Source of the DNA: Alphaproteobacteria bacterium
GTDB taxonomy: Bacteria > Pseudomonadota > Alphaproteobacteria > UBA828
NCBI GenBank assembly: GCA_965214705.1
Contig: OZ243972.1
Coordinates: 3,808,001-3,872,000, forward strand
DNA: 64,000 nucleotides
Direction: 5' to 3'
Shown here: positions 12,564-21,100 of the stretch, in pieces
Numbering within the stretch: the first letter of the stretch is position 1
Layout: the number at the start of each line of letters is the position of its first letter
Position numbers and translations under genes: made by a program
The notes under the pieces: generated by a model
Database searches by the model: none
Told to the model about the DNA's origin: nothing
The model's input: only the letters and a program-made list of their open reading frames with translations

Positions 12564-14042
12564 GGCGGCATCCTTCATGCTCTGGAGGAGGGGGTGCTCG
12601 GCGGGGCGTTCGGCCTCGACCTCAGCCTCTGGGGCTGGCGGCAGGGGCTGCTCCTCCGTCTCTGGCCGTATGGGCTCCACCACCGTCTCCGGTGGCTCGG
12701 GCTGGACTTCGGCTTCGGGCGGGGCGTGTTCGAAGCAGCGCGCAGTGTTGCGGCCTGGTGGGCCGAGGGCGAGGAACGCATCGTACGGCAGGCCGAGGGT
12801 CTGGCCGACCTCCTCCACCTCTTCGACCGTCCGTAGTTCAAGGAAGCCCTCATCCGCCTCTGCGACTTCGACGATGAAGGTGGTGGTCACGGCCTGCCGG
12901 TTTTCGTCCAGCACCACCGGCCCGCCGAACGGCGTGTCGAATTCCAGCTCGGAGAGGGCTTCGCGCAGGCTCTCGTGCCCCTCCCCGAGCTCACCGTCAG
13001 TCTCTTCCAGGGCGAGGAACAACGCCTTGGCATTGACGTAATAGGAAAGCGCGAAAAGGCTCGGCGCCGGGTCTGCGTCCGGGAAGCGTTTGCGGAAGTG
13101 TTCCGTGAACGCCTCCCAGTCGTCGTTGTCGTCGCTCTCCGATACCGGCAGCGCCGAAATCGCACCCTCCAGCAAGGGGCGGATGGCGTCGCCCGCGCGC
13201 AAGAGGCTGCCGCTGAGCGTCGTCGAGCTCGCCGCGATGACGGCCTGACCACCGGCCTTGCCATAGGCTTCGAGGAAGCTCTTCGCCGTGCGGGGGTCCA
13301 GCGCCAGGAGCAGCGCGTCCGTCTCGGCACGGGCGACCCTCTCTGCGAGACGCGCGGTATCGCTCGCGCCGGGGGAGACCCAGTGGTTCCCCAGCACGTG
13401 GCCGCCTGCGGCGCAATAATCCAGCATGAAGCCCATGAGCTGGGTGTAGGGCAGGGAGTAGTCCTCTCCGACCGTAACGATCGTGCGGATGTCCTTCTCG
13501 TCGTAAGCGTAGTGACCGAGTCCCCCGATCCACTGCATGCTGTCGGGGTTGAAGCGGAAGAAGTTCTCGGCCGGCGCACGCAAGGTGGCATCCTGCGCGG
13601 CCGACGCCCCGTTGATGAAAGTCACGTCCGGCACGCTCTTGGCGAATTCGCGGATCGCGATTCCTTCGATGCCGGCGAGGGGACCGATGACGATGTTGGC
13701 GCCGCCATCGATCAGCAGGCGCGCTTTCGCGACCACCGAGTCCGGCGTCCCGTCCGTGGACTCGATGAGGGTCTCGATGGGCCGCTCGCCGTCGCCCCCC
13801 TCGTGCTCCTGCACGGCAATTTCGTAGCCGCGCAGGGCATCCCGGCCGAGCGGCTCGAACGCGCCTTCGAGGGTCGCGAGCACGCCGATCTTTAAGGTCT
13901 CGGTCTCGGCATTCGCCTGAGTGCCGATCAGGAAAGGTGTGGCGAACAGGACGGCCCACGCCATGCGGCGAAGAGCGCACGGCGCGGGACCGCGTACTCG
14001 TCCAGGTCGTCCGCTTGCTGAGCGTGGCGGTGCCTTCGTCAC
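12153..14042 (-). CDS. Branched-chain amino acid-type (LivJ/K-like) ABC substrate-binding protein fused in frame, via a Pro/Glu-rich linker, to a VOC/glyoxalase domain; start uncertain (14042 or 13964)
   Basis: LKIGVLATLEGAF, IVIGPLAG, NFFRFN, GEDYSLPY for the SBP; PCLSYRDAPAAIEWL...YGSRDYSARDPEGHLW for VOC. Confidence 0.75.
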   Translation of the reverse strand: MTKAPPRSASGRPGRVRGPAPCALRRMAWAVLFATPFLIGTQANAETETLKIGVLATLEGAFEPLGRDALRGYEIAVQEHEGGDGERPIETLIESTDGTPDSVVAKARLLIDGGANIVIGPLAGIEGIAIREFAKSVPDVTFINGASAAQDATLRAPAENFFRFNPDSMQWIGGLGHYAYDEKDIRTIVTVGEDYSLPYTQLMGFMLDYCAAGGHVLGNHWVSPGASDTARLAERVARAETDALLLALDPRTAKSFLEAYGKAGGQAVIAASSTTLSGSLLRAGDAIRPLLEGAISALPVSESDDNDDWEAFTEHFRKRFPDADPAPSLFALSYYVNAKALFLALEETDGELGEGHESLREALSELEFDTPFGGPVVLDENRQAVTTTFIVEVAEADEGFLELRTVEEVEEVGQTLGLPYDAFLALGPPGRNTARCFEHAPPEAEVQPEPPETVVEPIRPETEEQPLPPAPEAEVEAERPAEHPLLQSMKDAAMTETGPSIIPCLSYRDAPAAIEWLKKAFGFSENFVVPGPDDTIAHAQLAFDGGMVMVGSIRDDELQMRTPCDLGGVTQSIYIVVEDADAHYARAVEAGAEIVRELEDTPYGSRDYSARDPEGHLWNFGTYRPAIGE

Positions 14043-14201
14043 GCTATGCCGATCATGTCAAATGTATGCCACTCAAAACATTGGAAGTTTGGCGGAGCGT
14101 CCCAGCGCTCGCGCGACACCGGGGCAAGCCCTTATAGCCGCCTGCAACGGCCAATGCCATGCGCGCGTCGCAAGGCACGGCAGGAGCGTATGCTCGATTC
14201 C

Positions 14202-14234
14202 GGCCGTGACCGCTCTGGCCTCAGAGGCTAGGCT
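14202..14234 (+). promoter_or_regulatory. Putative promoter GTGACC-N17-TAGGCT upstream of ABC SBP
   Basis: Shares GGCCGTGAC and GGCTAGGCT blocks with the 38-bp repeats at 42234 and 46369. Confidence 0.45.
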
Positions 14235-14305
14235 ATCAGCCAGCGGGTAGCCGGCGCTTGGCTTCGTGAGTCCGGCCCGGCGCCCTGAAGAGGGAGGAAG
14301 CAAAC

Positions 14306-15604
14306 ATGGCTAAGACCAAGGAGCATCGGAGACTGGGACCGAGCCGGCGTTCGATCCTCAAGGGTGCCGCCGCGGTGGCCGGCGTCGCGGCCGGCACCAA
14401 GGCGCTCGGCGGATTTCCAACAGTCTGGGCGCAGGACACGAAAGACATCACGATCAACCACTCCGGTATGTCGTATTCGACGATCATCCAGATCGCCGAG
14501 CAGGCGACTGTGGATCTGCCGTTCACGGTGGAGATGTCCGTCACAGATCACGCCGGCATGCTCAACCGGCTGACCACACAGTCTGATTCCATCGATGTCG
14601 CCGATATCGAGCTCTGGATGCGGGTCATCACAGTGCCGCGCGGCATCTACCAGGCGGTCGAGCCGGCCAAGATCACACATTGGGACAAGGCAACCACGAT
14701 CTATCGGGACGGCCAGTTGGAGGGCAAGCAGATCTCGCGCCAGGGGGTCTCGCCCCATGAGGTGATGTATTTCACCGATGCCGACGCGAATGCGCTTGCC
14801 GACGGCAACACCGATTACGCGACCATGATCCCGGGCGTGTTCAACGCCGATACGCTCGGCATCCAGCCGGTCGAGATCGGCCGCCCCATCAACAACTGGC
14901 ATGAGCTCTTCAACGACGAGTTCAACGGCCGCGCAGCGGGCATGGACATCCCGCCGATCATGATCATGGATGCAGCACTCGCGATCGAATCGACCGGCGA
15001 GTACACCTATGCCGACAAGGGCAACATGACCAAGGAAGAGATCACGATGACCGTGGACCGGCTCATCGATCTCAAGAAGAAGGGGCATTGGCGGGCACTC
15101 TGGGGCACCTTCGACCAGTCGGTGCAGCTGATGACCTCGGGCGAGGTGGTGATCCAGTCGATGTGGTCCCCGGCGGTAACCGCCGTGCGCGCCCAGGGCG
15201 TGCCCTGCGTCTATCAACCGCTCGCCGAGGGCTACCGGGGCTGGGGCAACGGGCTCAGCTTGATGAGCCACCTCGAGGGCAAGAGGCTCGGCGCGGCCTA
15301 CGACTACCTCAACTGGTACTACAGCGGCTGGATGGGCGCCTTCATCGCGAAGCAGGGCTACTATCTCGGTGTCTCGGAGACCGCGAAGGCCTTCATGGAG
15401 CCCTTCGAGTGGGATTACTGGTACGAGGGCAAGCCGGCTGAAGATACGATCCACGATCCCTACGGCACCCCGATGGAGAAAGCGGGGCACGTGCGCGACG
15501 GCGGCTCGTTCTCGCAGCGGTTCGGCAACATGGCGTGTTGGAACACGCTGATGGACAACCACCAGTTCCTGCTCAAGAAGTGGACCGAGCTGCAGACGGC
15601 CTAA
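14306..15604 (+). CDS. PotD/PotF-like ABC substrate-binding protein, Tat-exported
   Basis: SRRSILKG twin-arginine signal; GEVVIQSMWSPAV; EGYRGW; followed by two permeases. Confidence 0.85.
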   Translation: MAKTKEHRRLGPSRRSILKGAAAVAGVAAGTKALGGFPTVWAQDTKDITINHSGMSYSTIIQIAEQATVDLPFTVEMSVTDHAGMLNRLTTQSDSIDVADIELWMRVITVPRGIYQAVEPAKITHWDKATTIYRDGQLEGKQISRQGVSPHEVMYFTDADANALADGNTDYATMIPGVFNADTLGIQPVEIGRPINNWHELFNDEFNGRAAGMDIPPIMIMDAALAIESTGEYTYADKGNMTKEEITMTVDRLIDLKKKGHWRALWGTFDQSVQLMTSGEVVIQSMWSPAVTAVRAQGVPCVYQPLAEGYRGWGNGLSLMSHLEGKRLGAAYDYLNWYYSGWMGAFIAKQGYYLGVSETAKAFMEPFEWDYWYEGKPAEDTIHDPYGTPMEKAGHVRDGGSFSQRFGNMACWNTLMDNHQFLLKKWTELQTA

Positions 15605-15620
15605 GTATCGTTATCCGCGC

Positions 15621-15648
15621 GGGCGGGGCTGGTGAACCAGCCCCGCCC
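15621..15648 (+). terminator. Intercistronic stem-loop after SBP gene (partial terminator or mRNA stabiliser)
   Basis: GGGCGGGGCTGG-TGAA-CCAGCCCCGCCC, 12-bp perfect stem. Confidence 0.6.
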
Positions 15649-15662
15649 CGATCTTTCGCTCG

Positions 15663-16556
15663 ATGCGACTCAGACTTTCATTGAGTAACGGCACCGGCGC
15701 CAAGCGGAGGCCGGGGGTGAAGGCGGTGCCGCTCGGCTTCGCTCTGGGGGTCTTCTTCATCCTGCCGCTGGGTGTGCTGCTCGCAGTCAGCTTCTTCGAG
15801 AACGACATGATCTTCGGCATGCGGCCTGCGCTTACGCCGGAGAGTTATGTCGAGCTGTTCACCACCATGAACACGCTCTGGCTCTATCTGAGCACGTTGA
15901 AATTCGCGGCGATCGTCTGGGCCGTTACGCTGCTGATCGGCTTCACCATTGCCTATTTTCTGGTGTTCCACGTCCGCTCGCTCTTGATCGCGATCGGTCT
16001 CTTTCTGCTTTGTACTGTTCCGTTCTGGACCTCCAACATCATCCGGATGATTTCGTGGATACCGCTGCTGGGTAAGCAGGGGCTGGTCAACCAGGCGCTG
16101 ATGGGTCTCGGTATCGTCGACGATCCGGTGGAGTGGCTGCTCTTCTCGGACTTCTCGGTGGTGGTGAGCTACGTCCACCTGTTCACGCTGTTCATGATCG
16201 TGCCGATCTTCAACTCGATGGCGCGCATCGACAAAGCGCTGATCGAGGCGGCGCGGGACGCGGGTGCGAGTTCTATGCGCATCATGTGGGAGGTCATCGT
16301 TCCGCTCTCCCGCAGCGGCATCGCCTTGGGCTCGATTTTCGTCATCGTGCTCGTGATGGGCGACTTCTTCGTCATCAAGGTGATGAGCGGCGGGCGCAGC
16401 GCTTCCGTCGTCTCCTCCATCTTCGAGGACATCAACGTGCTGCTCTACCCGTCCGGGGCGGCGAGTGCCGTGGTGCTGCTGATCGTCGTGGTGATGATGG
16501 TGATGGGTGTGCTGCGGGTGGTCAACATCCGCAGGGAACTCGCGGGCAGTTCGTAG
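15663..16556 (+). CDS. ABC permease (PotB-like)
   Basis: PFWTSNIIR, LIEAARDAGA EAA loop; hydrophobic. Confidence 0.88.
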   Translation: MRLRLSLSNGTGAKRRPGVKAVPLGFALGVFFILPLGVLLAVSFFENDMIFGMRPALTPESYVELFTTMNTLWLYLSTLKFAAIVWAVTLLIGFTIAYFLVFHVRSLLIAIGLFLLCTVPFWTSNIIRMISWIPLLGKQGLVNQALMGLGIVDDPVEWLLFSDFSVVVSYVHLFTLFMIVPIFNSMARIDKALIEAARDAGASSMRIMWEVIVPLSRSGIALGSIFVIVLVMGDFFVIKVMSGGRSASVVSSIFEDINVLLYPSGAASAVVLLIVVVMMVMGVLRVVNIRRELAGSS

Positions 16557-16566
16557 GAGCGGAGGC

Positions 16567-17421
16567 ATGGCGCGATCGGCGAAGACTCATAAGCCTCGGC
16601 CCTGGACCTTCTATCCGCTGGCGGCGTTCTTTGGGTTGTTCGTGCTGTTCCTCTATGGCCCGATGTTCTGCATCTACATCCTTTCGTTCCAGGGGCCGAA
16701 CGCCTCGCTGGTATTCCCCATGCAGGGCCTCTCGCTGCACTGGTTCGAGGCTCTGTTCGGCCAGGCGCGGACGGGCGACGTGGGCGGCGCGTTCGCGCGC
16801 TCGCTGCCGCTCTCGCTCATCATCCTGGGTATCACCGTGCTCTTCTCGGTGGCGGCGGGGCTCGCGTTCCGCAGCCGGTTCTTCGGCAACTCGGTGATCT
16901 TCTACACCGCGATCGGGAGCCTCGTGGTGCCGGGCCTCGTGCTCGGCGTCGGCATCACGCTGCTGCTCCAGCTGCTGGGCTGGAACGCGCATTGGTACTC
17001 GTCTGCGCTCGGCGCGCACCTCACCTGGACGCTGCCCTTCGGGCTGCTCATCATGTTCGCCGTGTTGAGCCGCTTCGATCCGCGCGTGGAGGAGGCGGCG
17101 CGCGACCTCGGCGCGAGCAACCTGCAGTCCCTGCGCTACGTGATGATCCCGATCCTGCTGCCGGGCATCATCGCGGTGGCGCTCTTCGGCTTCACGCTCT
17201 CTTACGACGAGTTCCCGCGCAGCACGTTTACCGTCGGCGCCCGCAACACGCTGCCGCTGGAAATCTGGAGCATGACCACCAACATCACCTCGCCGGCGCT
17301 CTATGCTCTCGGCACCGTGACGACGGCGATCTCCTTCTTCATCATTCTGATCTCGCTGACCGCCATCGGCCTGATCCAGTCGCGGCGCCAGCGCTCCCAG
17401 CGGCAGGGGCCGGGAGGGTAG
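16567..17421 (+). CDS. ABC permease (PotC-like)
   Basis: EEAARDLGA, FTLSYDEF, TLPLEIW; GGAGG RBS before ATG 16567. Confidence 0.88.
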   Translation: MARSAKTHKPRPWTFYPLAAFFGLFVLFLYGPMFCIYILSFQGPNASLVFPMQGLSLHWFEALFGQARTGDVGGAFARSLPLSLIILGITVLFSVAAGLAFRSRFFGNSVIFYTAIGSLVVPGLVLGVGITLLLQLLGWNAHWYSSALGAHLTWTLPFGLLIMFAVLSRFDPRVEEAARDLGASNLQSLRYVMIPILLPGIIAVALFGFTLSYDEFPRSTFTVGARNTLPLEIWSMTTNITSPALYALGTVTTAISFFIILISLTAIGLIQSRRQRSQRQGPGG

Positions 17422-17440
17422 GCGTGCGTCGCGGGGCCGA

Positions 17441-17980
17441 TCATGCCCGTTGACGCGTCACCATCCGCTTGGTGCCCTCGTAGCGGAGGCTCTTGCAGAG
17501 GCGGGCGAAGCCGTCGAGGTTCTCCACGATCCGCGCGAAGATGCAGCCCTGGTTGGGGTGCGGCGTATCGCCGTACCAGAGCGTGGTGGGGAAGCGCATC
17601 CCGGCGTGGCGGCCATAGGCGAAGGTGACCTCTTTGAGCCAGGGGTCCCAGATGAAGTCGCCGGGGGCCATCCTCGTCTGCCGGTTTTCCAGCTCGTAGC
17701 CGAGCGCCGGCACCATGTCGACGCGGTCCAAATAGAACGCCGCGTGGCCGAAGAAGGCGCAGTGGATGATGTATGCGTCGATCGGCATCACGTCCCAGAA
17801 GGCATCGCAGGTTTTGGGGGCGGCGGTCTCCAGCAGCGCGCCGACGCAGACCTCGCCGTCGATCTCGATCTCGAAGCGGCGGAAGCTGTCGGGGATGTCG
17901 TTGGGGATCTCGAACTGGTCGTACCACCACTCGTCCCACATCTCGCGCTGAGCAACCGTATCGACCGATTTGTCCGCCAT
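17441..17980 (-). CDS. DUF3830-like (cyclophilin-like fold) protein
   Basis: APKTCDAFW..P...IIH and LEN..R..PGD, FARIVENL patterns; GGAG RBS. Confidence 0.6.
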   Translation of the reverse strand: MADKSVDTVAQREMWDEWWYDQFEIPNDIPDSFRRFEIEIDGEVCVGALLETAAPKTCDAFWDVMPIDAYIIHCAFFGHAAFYLDRVDMVPALGYELENRQTRMAPGDFIWDPWLKEVTFAYGRHAGMRFPTTLWYGDTPHPNQGCIFARIVENLDGFARLCKSLRYEGTKRMVTRQRA

Positions 17981-18118
17981 GAATGTCTCCTTTGTTTTGG
18001 CGCCGTGCGTCCGGGGAGCGACGGTAATGATACGAAATCGTTGCCGGCACCAGGCAACCTCTTTGCCGTGCAGTCCGGAAGGAGCAGGACTGCGTCTGCG
18101 AACCGGTGTCAGCGTGGA

Positions 18119-18165
18119 CGAGGATGTGCTGATGAGCTACATTGTAGCCCATCAGCACATCCTCG
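18119..18165. promoter_or_regulatory. 47-bp inverted repeat, probable DinJ-YafQ autoregulatory operator
   Basis: CGAGGATGTGCTGATGAGCTACA-T-TGTAGCCCATCAGCACATCCTCG, 23-bp arms with one mismatch, 11 bp before dinJ ATG. Confidence 0.75.
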
Positions 18166-18176
18166 AGGATCGGATC

Positions 18177-18434
18177 ATGAACACCGTCATCCGCGCCCGT
18201 ATAGACGAAAAGACCAAGGACGAGGCCGCTGCCGTGCTGGCCGCGATCGGCCTTACGGTGTCTGACGCCTTTCGCTTGATGATGGTGCGGATCGCCGCAG
18301 AGAAGCGACTGCCCTTCGAGCCCCTGGTGCCCAATGACGAGACGATCGAAGCCATGAGAGCTGCTCGGCGCGGCGATTTGATCGCCGTCGGCGGCGTGTC
18401 TGAACTGATGGCCGATCTGAATGCGGACGATTAG
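18177..18434 (+). CDS. dinJ: RelB/DinJ family antitoxin
   Basis: VIRARIDE..K..A..VL..IGLTVSDAFR...LPFEPLVPNDETIEAM; overlaps toxin start. Confidence 0.9.
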   Translation: MNTVIRARIDEKTKDEAAAVLAAIGLTVSDAFRLMMVRIAAEKRLPFEPLVPNDETIEAMRAARRGDLIAVGGVSELMADLNADD

Positions 18435-18702
18435 ACGGACCGCCGCGTTCAAACGAGACTACAGACGCGAGAAGAAAGGCCGCTTTGCCAAGACCCTCGA
18501 CCAGGAGGTCGAGAACGTCGTAGCCGATCTGGCATCCGATCGGCCCCTACCGCAACGTCATCACGATCACGCGTTGACCGGGCCGTGGAAGGACCATCGC
18601 GACTGCCACGTTCGGCCCGATCGGGTTTTAATCTATCGCAAGCCGGATACCGACTATCTCGACCTCGTACGTTTGGGCTCCCACAGCGAGCTCGGTCTTT
18701 GA
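18421..18702 (+). CDS. yafQ: YafQ family mRNA interferase toxin
   Basis: FKRDY, DHALTGPW..RDCHVRPD.VLIY, RLGSHSEL. Confidence 0.92.
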   Translation: MRTIRRTAAFKRDYRREKKGRFAKTLDQEVENVVADLASDRPLPQRHHDHALTGPWKDHRDCHVRPDRVLIYRKPDTDYLDLVRLGSHSELGL

Positions 18703-18813
18703 CCGGAGCGGTTGTCGGGTGCAACGAGTCCTCTCTCGATGGAGTTGGTATTGGGGTGTTGGAGCAGGGCGCTGATGGTGGAGAGGGCGAGGCCATTCGA
18801 CATCGCGAGGGCC

Positions 18814-18822
18814 TGTTATAAT
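18814..18822 (+). promoter_or_regulatory. Extended -10 promoter (TGnTATAAT), near-leaderless transcript
   Basis: TGTTATAAT ends 8 nt before ATG 18831; no Shine-Dalgarno sequence in between. Confidence 0.55.
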
Positions 18823-18830
18823 ACCGCCCC

Positions 18831-20213
18831 ATGAATCTTCATCGGATGCTCGAGGAACGCGCGCGCGCCGGGAAGCCCGTGCGCGTCGGACTGATCGGGG
18901 CCGGCAAGTTCGGCACCATGTTTCTGGCCCAGGCTAGGCGGACGCCCGGCCTTCACGTGATGGCAGTGGCCGACCTCGACCCCGCCCGCGCCGATGCCGC
19001 GCTCGCCCGCGCCGGCTGGGAGGAGGGCGAGCGCCGCGTGCGCTCCTTCGCCCAGGCCTTGCAAAGCGGCGGCATCCACGTCTGCGACGACGCCTTCGCG
19101 CTGATTGGGGCGGACGGCCTCGATGTGGTGATCGATGCCACCGGGCATCCGGCCGCCGGCATCGCCCATGCCCGCGCCTGCTTTGCTGCCGGGCGGCACG
19201 TGGTGATGGTCAACGTGGAAGCCGACTGCCTCGCCGGGCCGCTGCTGGCCAGGGAGGCGGCGAAGGCCGGTGTGGTCTACTCGCTCGCCTACGGCGACCA
19301 GCCGGCGCTGATCGCGGAGATGGTGGACTGGGCGCGGGCTTCGGGCCTCGACGTCGTCGCCGCCGGCAAGGGCACGCGCTACCAGCCGGGCTTCCACCAT
19401 GTGACGCCCGACGACGTCTGGACCCACTACGGGCTCACGCCGGCGGAGGCGGAGGCCGGCGGCATGAACCCGCAGATGTTCAACTCCTTCCTCGACGGCA
19501 CCAAGTCGGCGATCGAGATGACCGCCGTCGCCAATGCCACCGGGCTCACGCCTGCGCCCGAGGGGCTCCGCTTCCCGCCCTGCGGGGTCGACGACCTGCC
19601 GAGCGTGCTCAGGCCGCGCGAGGACGGCGGCACGCTGCACCACAAGGGCCAGGTGGAGGTGATCGCGAGCGAGGCGCGGGATGGCAGCGCGCTCAACGGG
19701 CACTTGCGCTGGGGCGTTTATGCAGTGTTCGAGGCCGGTACCGACTATGTCGCGACCTGCTTCCGCGAATACGGGCTCTGTACCGATTCCACGGGGCGCT
19801 ATGCGTCGATGTACAAGCCTTATCACCTGATCGGGCTGGAGCTCGGCATCTCGGTGGCGTCCGTCGCGCTGCGCGGCGAGCCCACCGGCGCACCCACCGG
19901 CTTCCGCGCCGACGCAGTGGCCTGCACCAAGGCGCATCTGCAGGCCGGCACGCGGCTCGACGGGGAAGGGGGCTACACCGTCTACGGCCGGTTGATGCCG
20001 GCTGCGGCGAGCCTCGCCGGCGGCCACCTGCCCATCGGCCTCGCCCACGGCGTGAAGCTCATCCGTGCCGTGGAGCCGGACACGCCACTCACCTGGGACG
20101 ATATGACCGCCGACGAGGACGATACGGCGGCGGAGGCAGTGCGAACCCGGCGCGCGATGGAGGCAGCGTTCGCACCGGAAGAGTCGGCAGCGCAGGCGGC
20201 GACGCCTGCTTGA
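18831..20213 (+). CDS. Homoserine dehydrogenase-like NAD(P)-dependent oxidoreductase with C-terminal SAF domain (COG4091 type)
   Basis: GLIGAGKFG, MVNVEAD, GDQPA, FLDGTKSAIEM, LDGEGGY..YG, LPIGLA. Confidence 0.85.
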   Translation: MNLHRMLEERARAGKPVRVGLIGAGKFGTMFLAQARRTPGLHVMAVADLDPARADAALARAGWEEGERRVRSFAQALQSGGIHVCDDAFALIGADGLDVVIDATGHPAAGIAHARACFAAGRHVVMVNVEADCLAGPLLAREAAKAGVVYSLAYGDQPALIAEMVDWARASGLDVVAAGKGTRYQPGFHHVTPDDVWTHYGLTPAEAEAGGMNPQMFNSFLDGTKSAIEMTAVANATGLTPAPEGLRFPPCGVDDLPSVLRPREDGGTLHHKGQVEVIASEARDGSALNGHLRWGVYAVFEAGTDYVATCFREYGLCTDSTGRYASMYKPYHLIGLELGISVASVALRGEPTGAPTGFRADAVACTKAHLQAGTRLDGEGGYTVYGRLMPAAASLAGGHLPIGLAHGVKLIRAVEPDTPLTWDDMTADEDDTAAEAVRTRRAMEAAFAPEESAAQAATPA

Positions 20214-20224
20214 GGGGTAGGGTC

Positions 20225-21049
20225 ATGCCCAAGCACCTTTCCGCCGAGGCCGTCGCCCAATACGAGCGGGGCGGTTTCCACTTCCCGGTCCAGGCCATTT
20301 CGGCCGCGGAGGCCCGCGTGATCCGGGCCGACGTGGAGGTCGCCGAGCGGCATTTCGCAGAACAGGGCGAGCGGCTGCGCCATCGGCCCCACCTGCTGGT
20401 GACGGCGCTCGATCGCCTGATCCGTAACGAGACGGTGCTCGACGCGGTGGAGGACCTGCTCGGTCCCAACCTTCTCTGCTGGACTTCGCTCTTCTTCACC
20501 AAGGACGCGCACGATCCGGCTTACGTCTCCTGGCACCAGGATTCCACCTACTGGGGCCTGAGCAGTCTTGAGGTGGTGACCGCCTGGATCGCGCTCTCGC
20601 CCAGCACGGTGGAATCGGGTGCCATGCGGGTCGCGCCCGGCACCCATAAGCTGGATCAGATCTCCCACCGCGACGCCTACGGCGAGCACAACATGCTCAC
20701 GCGCGGCCAGATCGTCGAGCACGAGGTGGACGAGGACGCGGCCGTCGATGTCGTGCTGCAGCCGGGCGAGGCCTCGCTGCACCACGTGCGCCTGATCCAC
20801 GGCTCCGGCCCCAACAACTCCGACGACCGGCGCATCGGCTTCGCCATCCGCTACATCCCCACGCATGTAAAGAATGTGGTCGGGCGCGACTTTGCGGCGC
20901 TGGTGCGCGGCATCGACGAGTACGGATACTTCGATGCCGAGCGCCGGCCCGAGCGCGACCTGGAGCCCGAGGCGTTGGCGGCCTACGAAGCCGCGAACGC
21001 GAGCCACAATGCTGTGCTCTACGCGGGCGCGGCACAGATGCGCGGCTGA
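20225..21049 (+). CDS. Phytanoyl-CoA dioxygenase (PhyH) family Fe(II)/2OG oxygenase
   Basis: WHQD, WIAL, HGSGPN, RRIG motifs. Confidence 0.9.
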   Translation: MPKHLSAEAVAQYERGGFHFPVQAISAAEARVIRADVEVAERHFAEQGERLRHRPHLLVTALDRLIRNETVLDAVEDLLGPNLLCWTSLFFTKDAHDPAYVSWHQDSTYWGLSSLEVVTAWIALSPSTVESGAMRVAPGTHKLDQISHRDAYGEHNMLTRGQIVEHEVDEDAAVDVVLQPGEASLHHVRLIHGSGPNNSDDRRIGFAIRYIPTHVKNVVGRDFAALVRGIDEYGYFDAERRPERDLEPEALAAYEAANASHNAVLYAGAAQMRG

Positions 21050-21100
21050 TCCGTAACTCATCCCACCTTGTCTCCCTCCCCGGAGGAAAAGCGTAAAGCG

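Noticed and set aside
18064-18093. TGCCGTGCAGTCCGGAAGGAGCAGGACTGC resembles SRP RNA helix 8
   Set aside because: Lacks the conserved CAGG and AAGCAG internal-loop bases and I could not see the long flanking helix; an Rfam/Infernal scan would settle it
18776-18801. TGGTGGAGAGGGCGAGGCCATTCGAC resembles a reverse-complemented tRNA 3' end (possible att site)
   Set aside because: T-arm spacing is wrong, there is no cloverleaf, no second copy and no integrase
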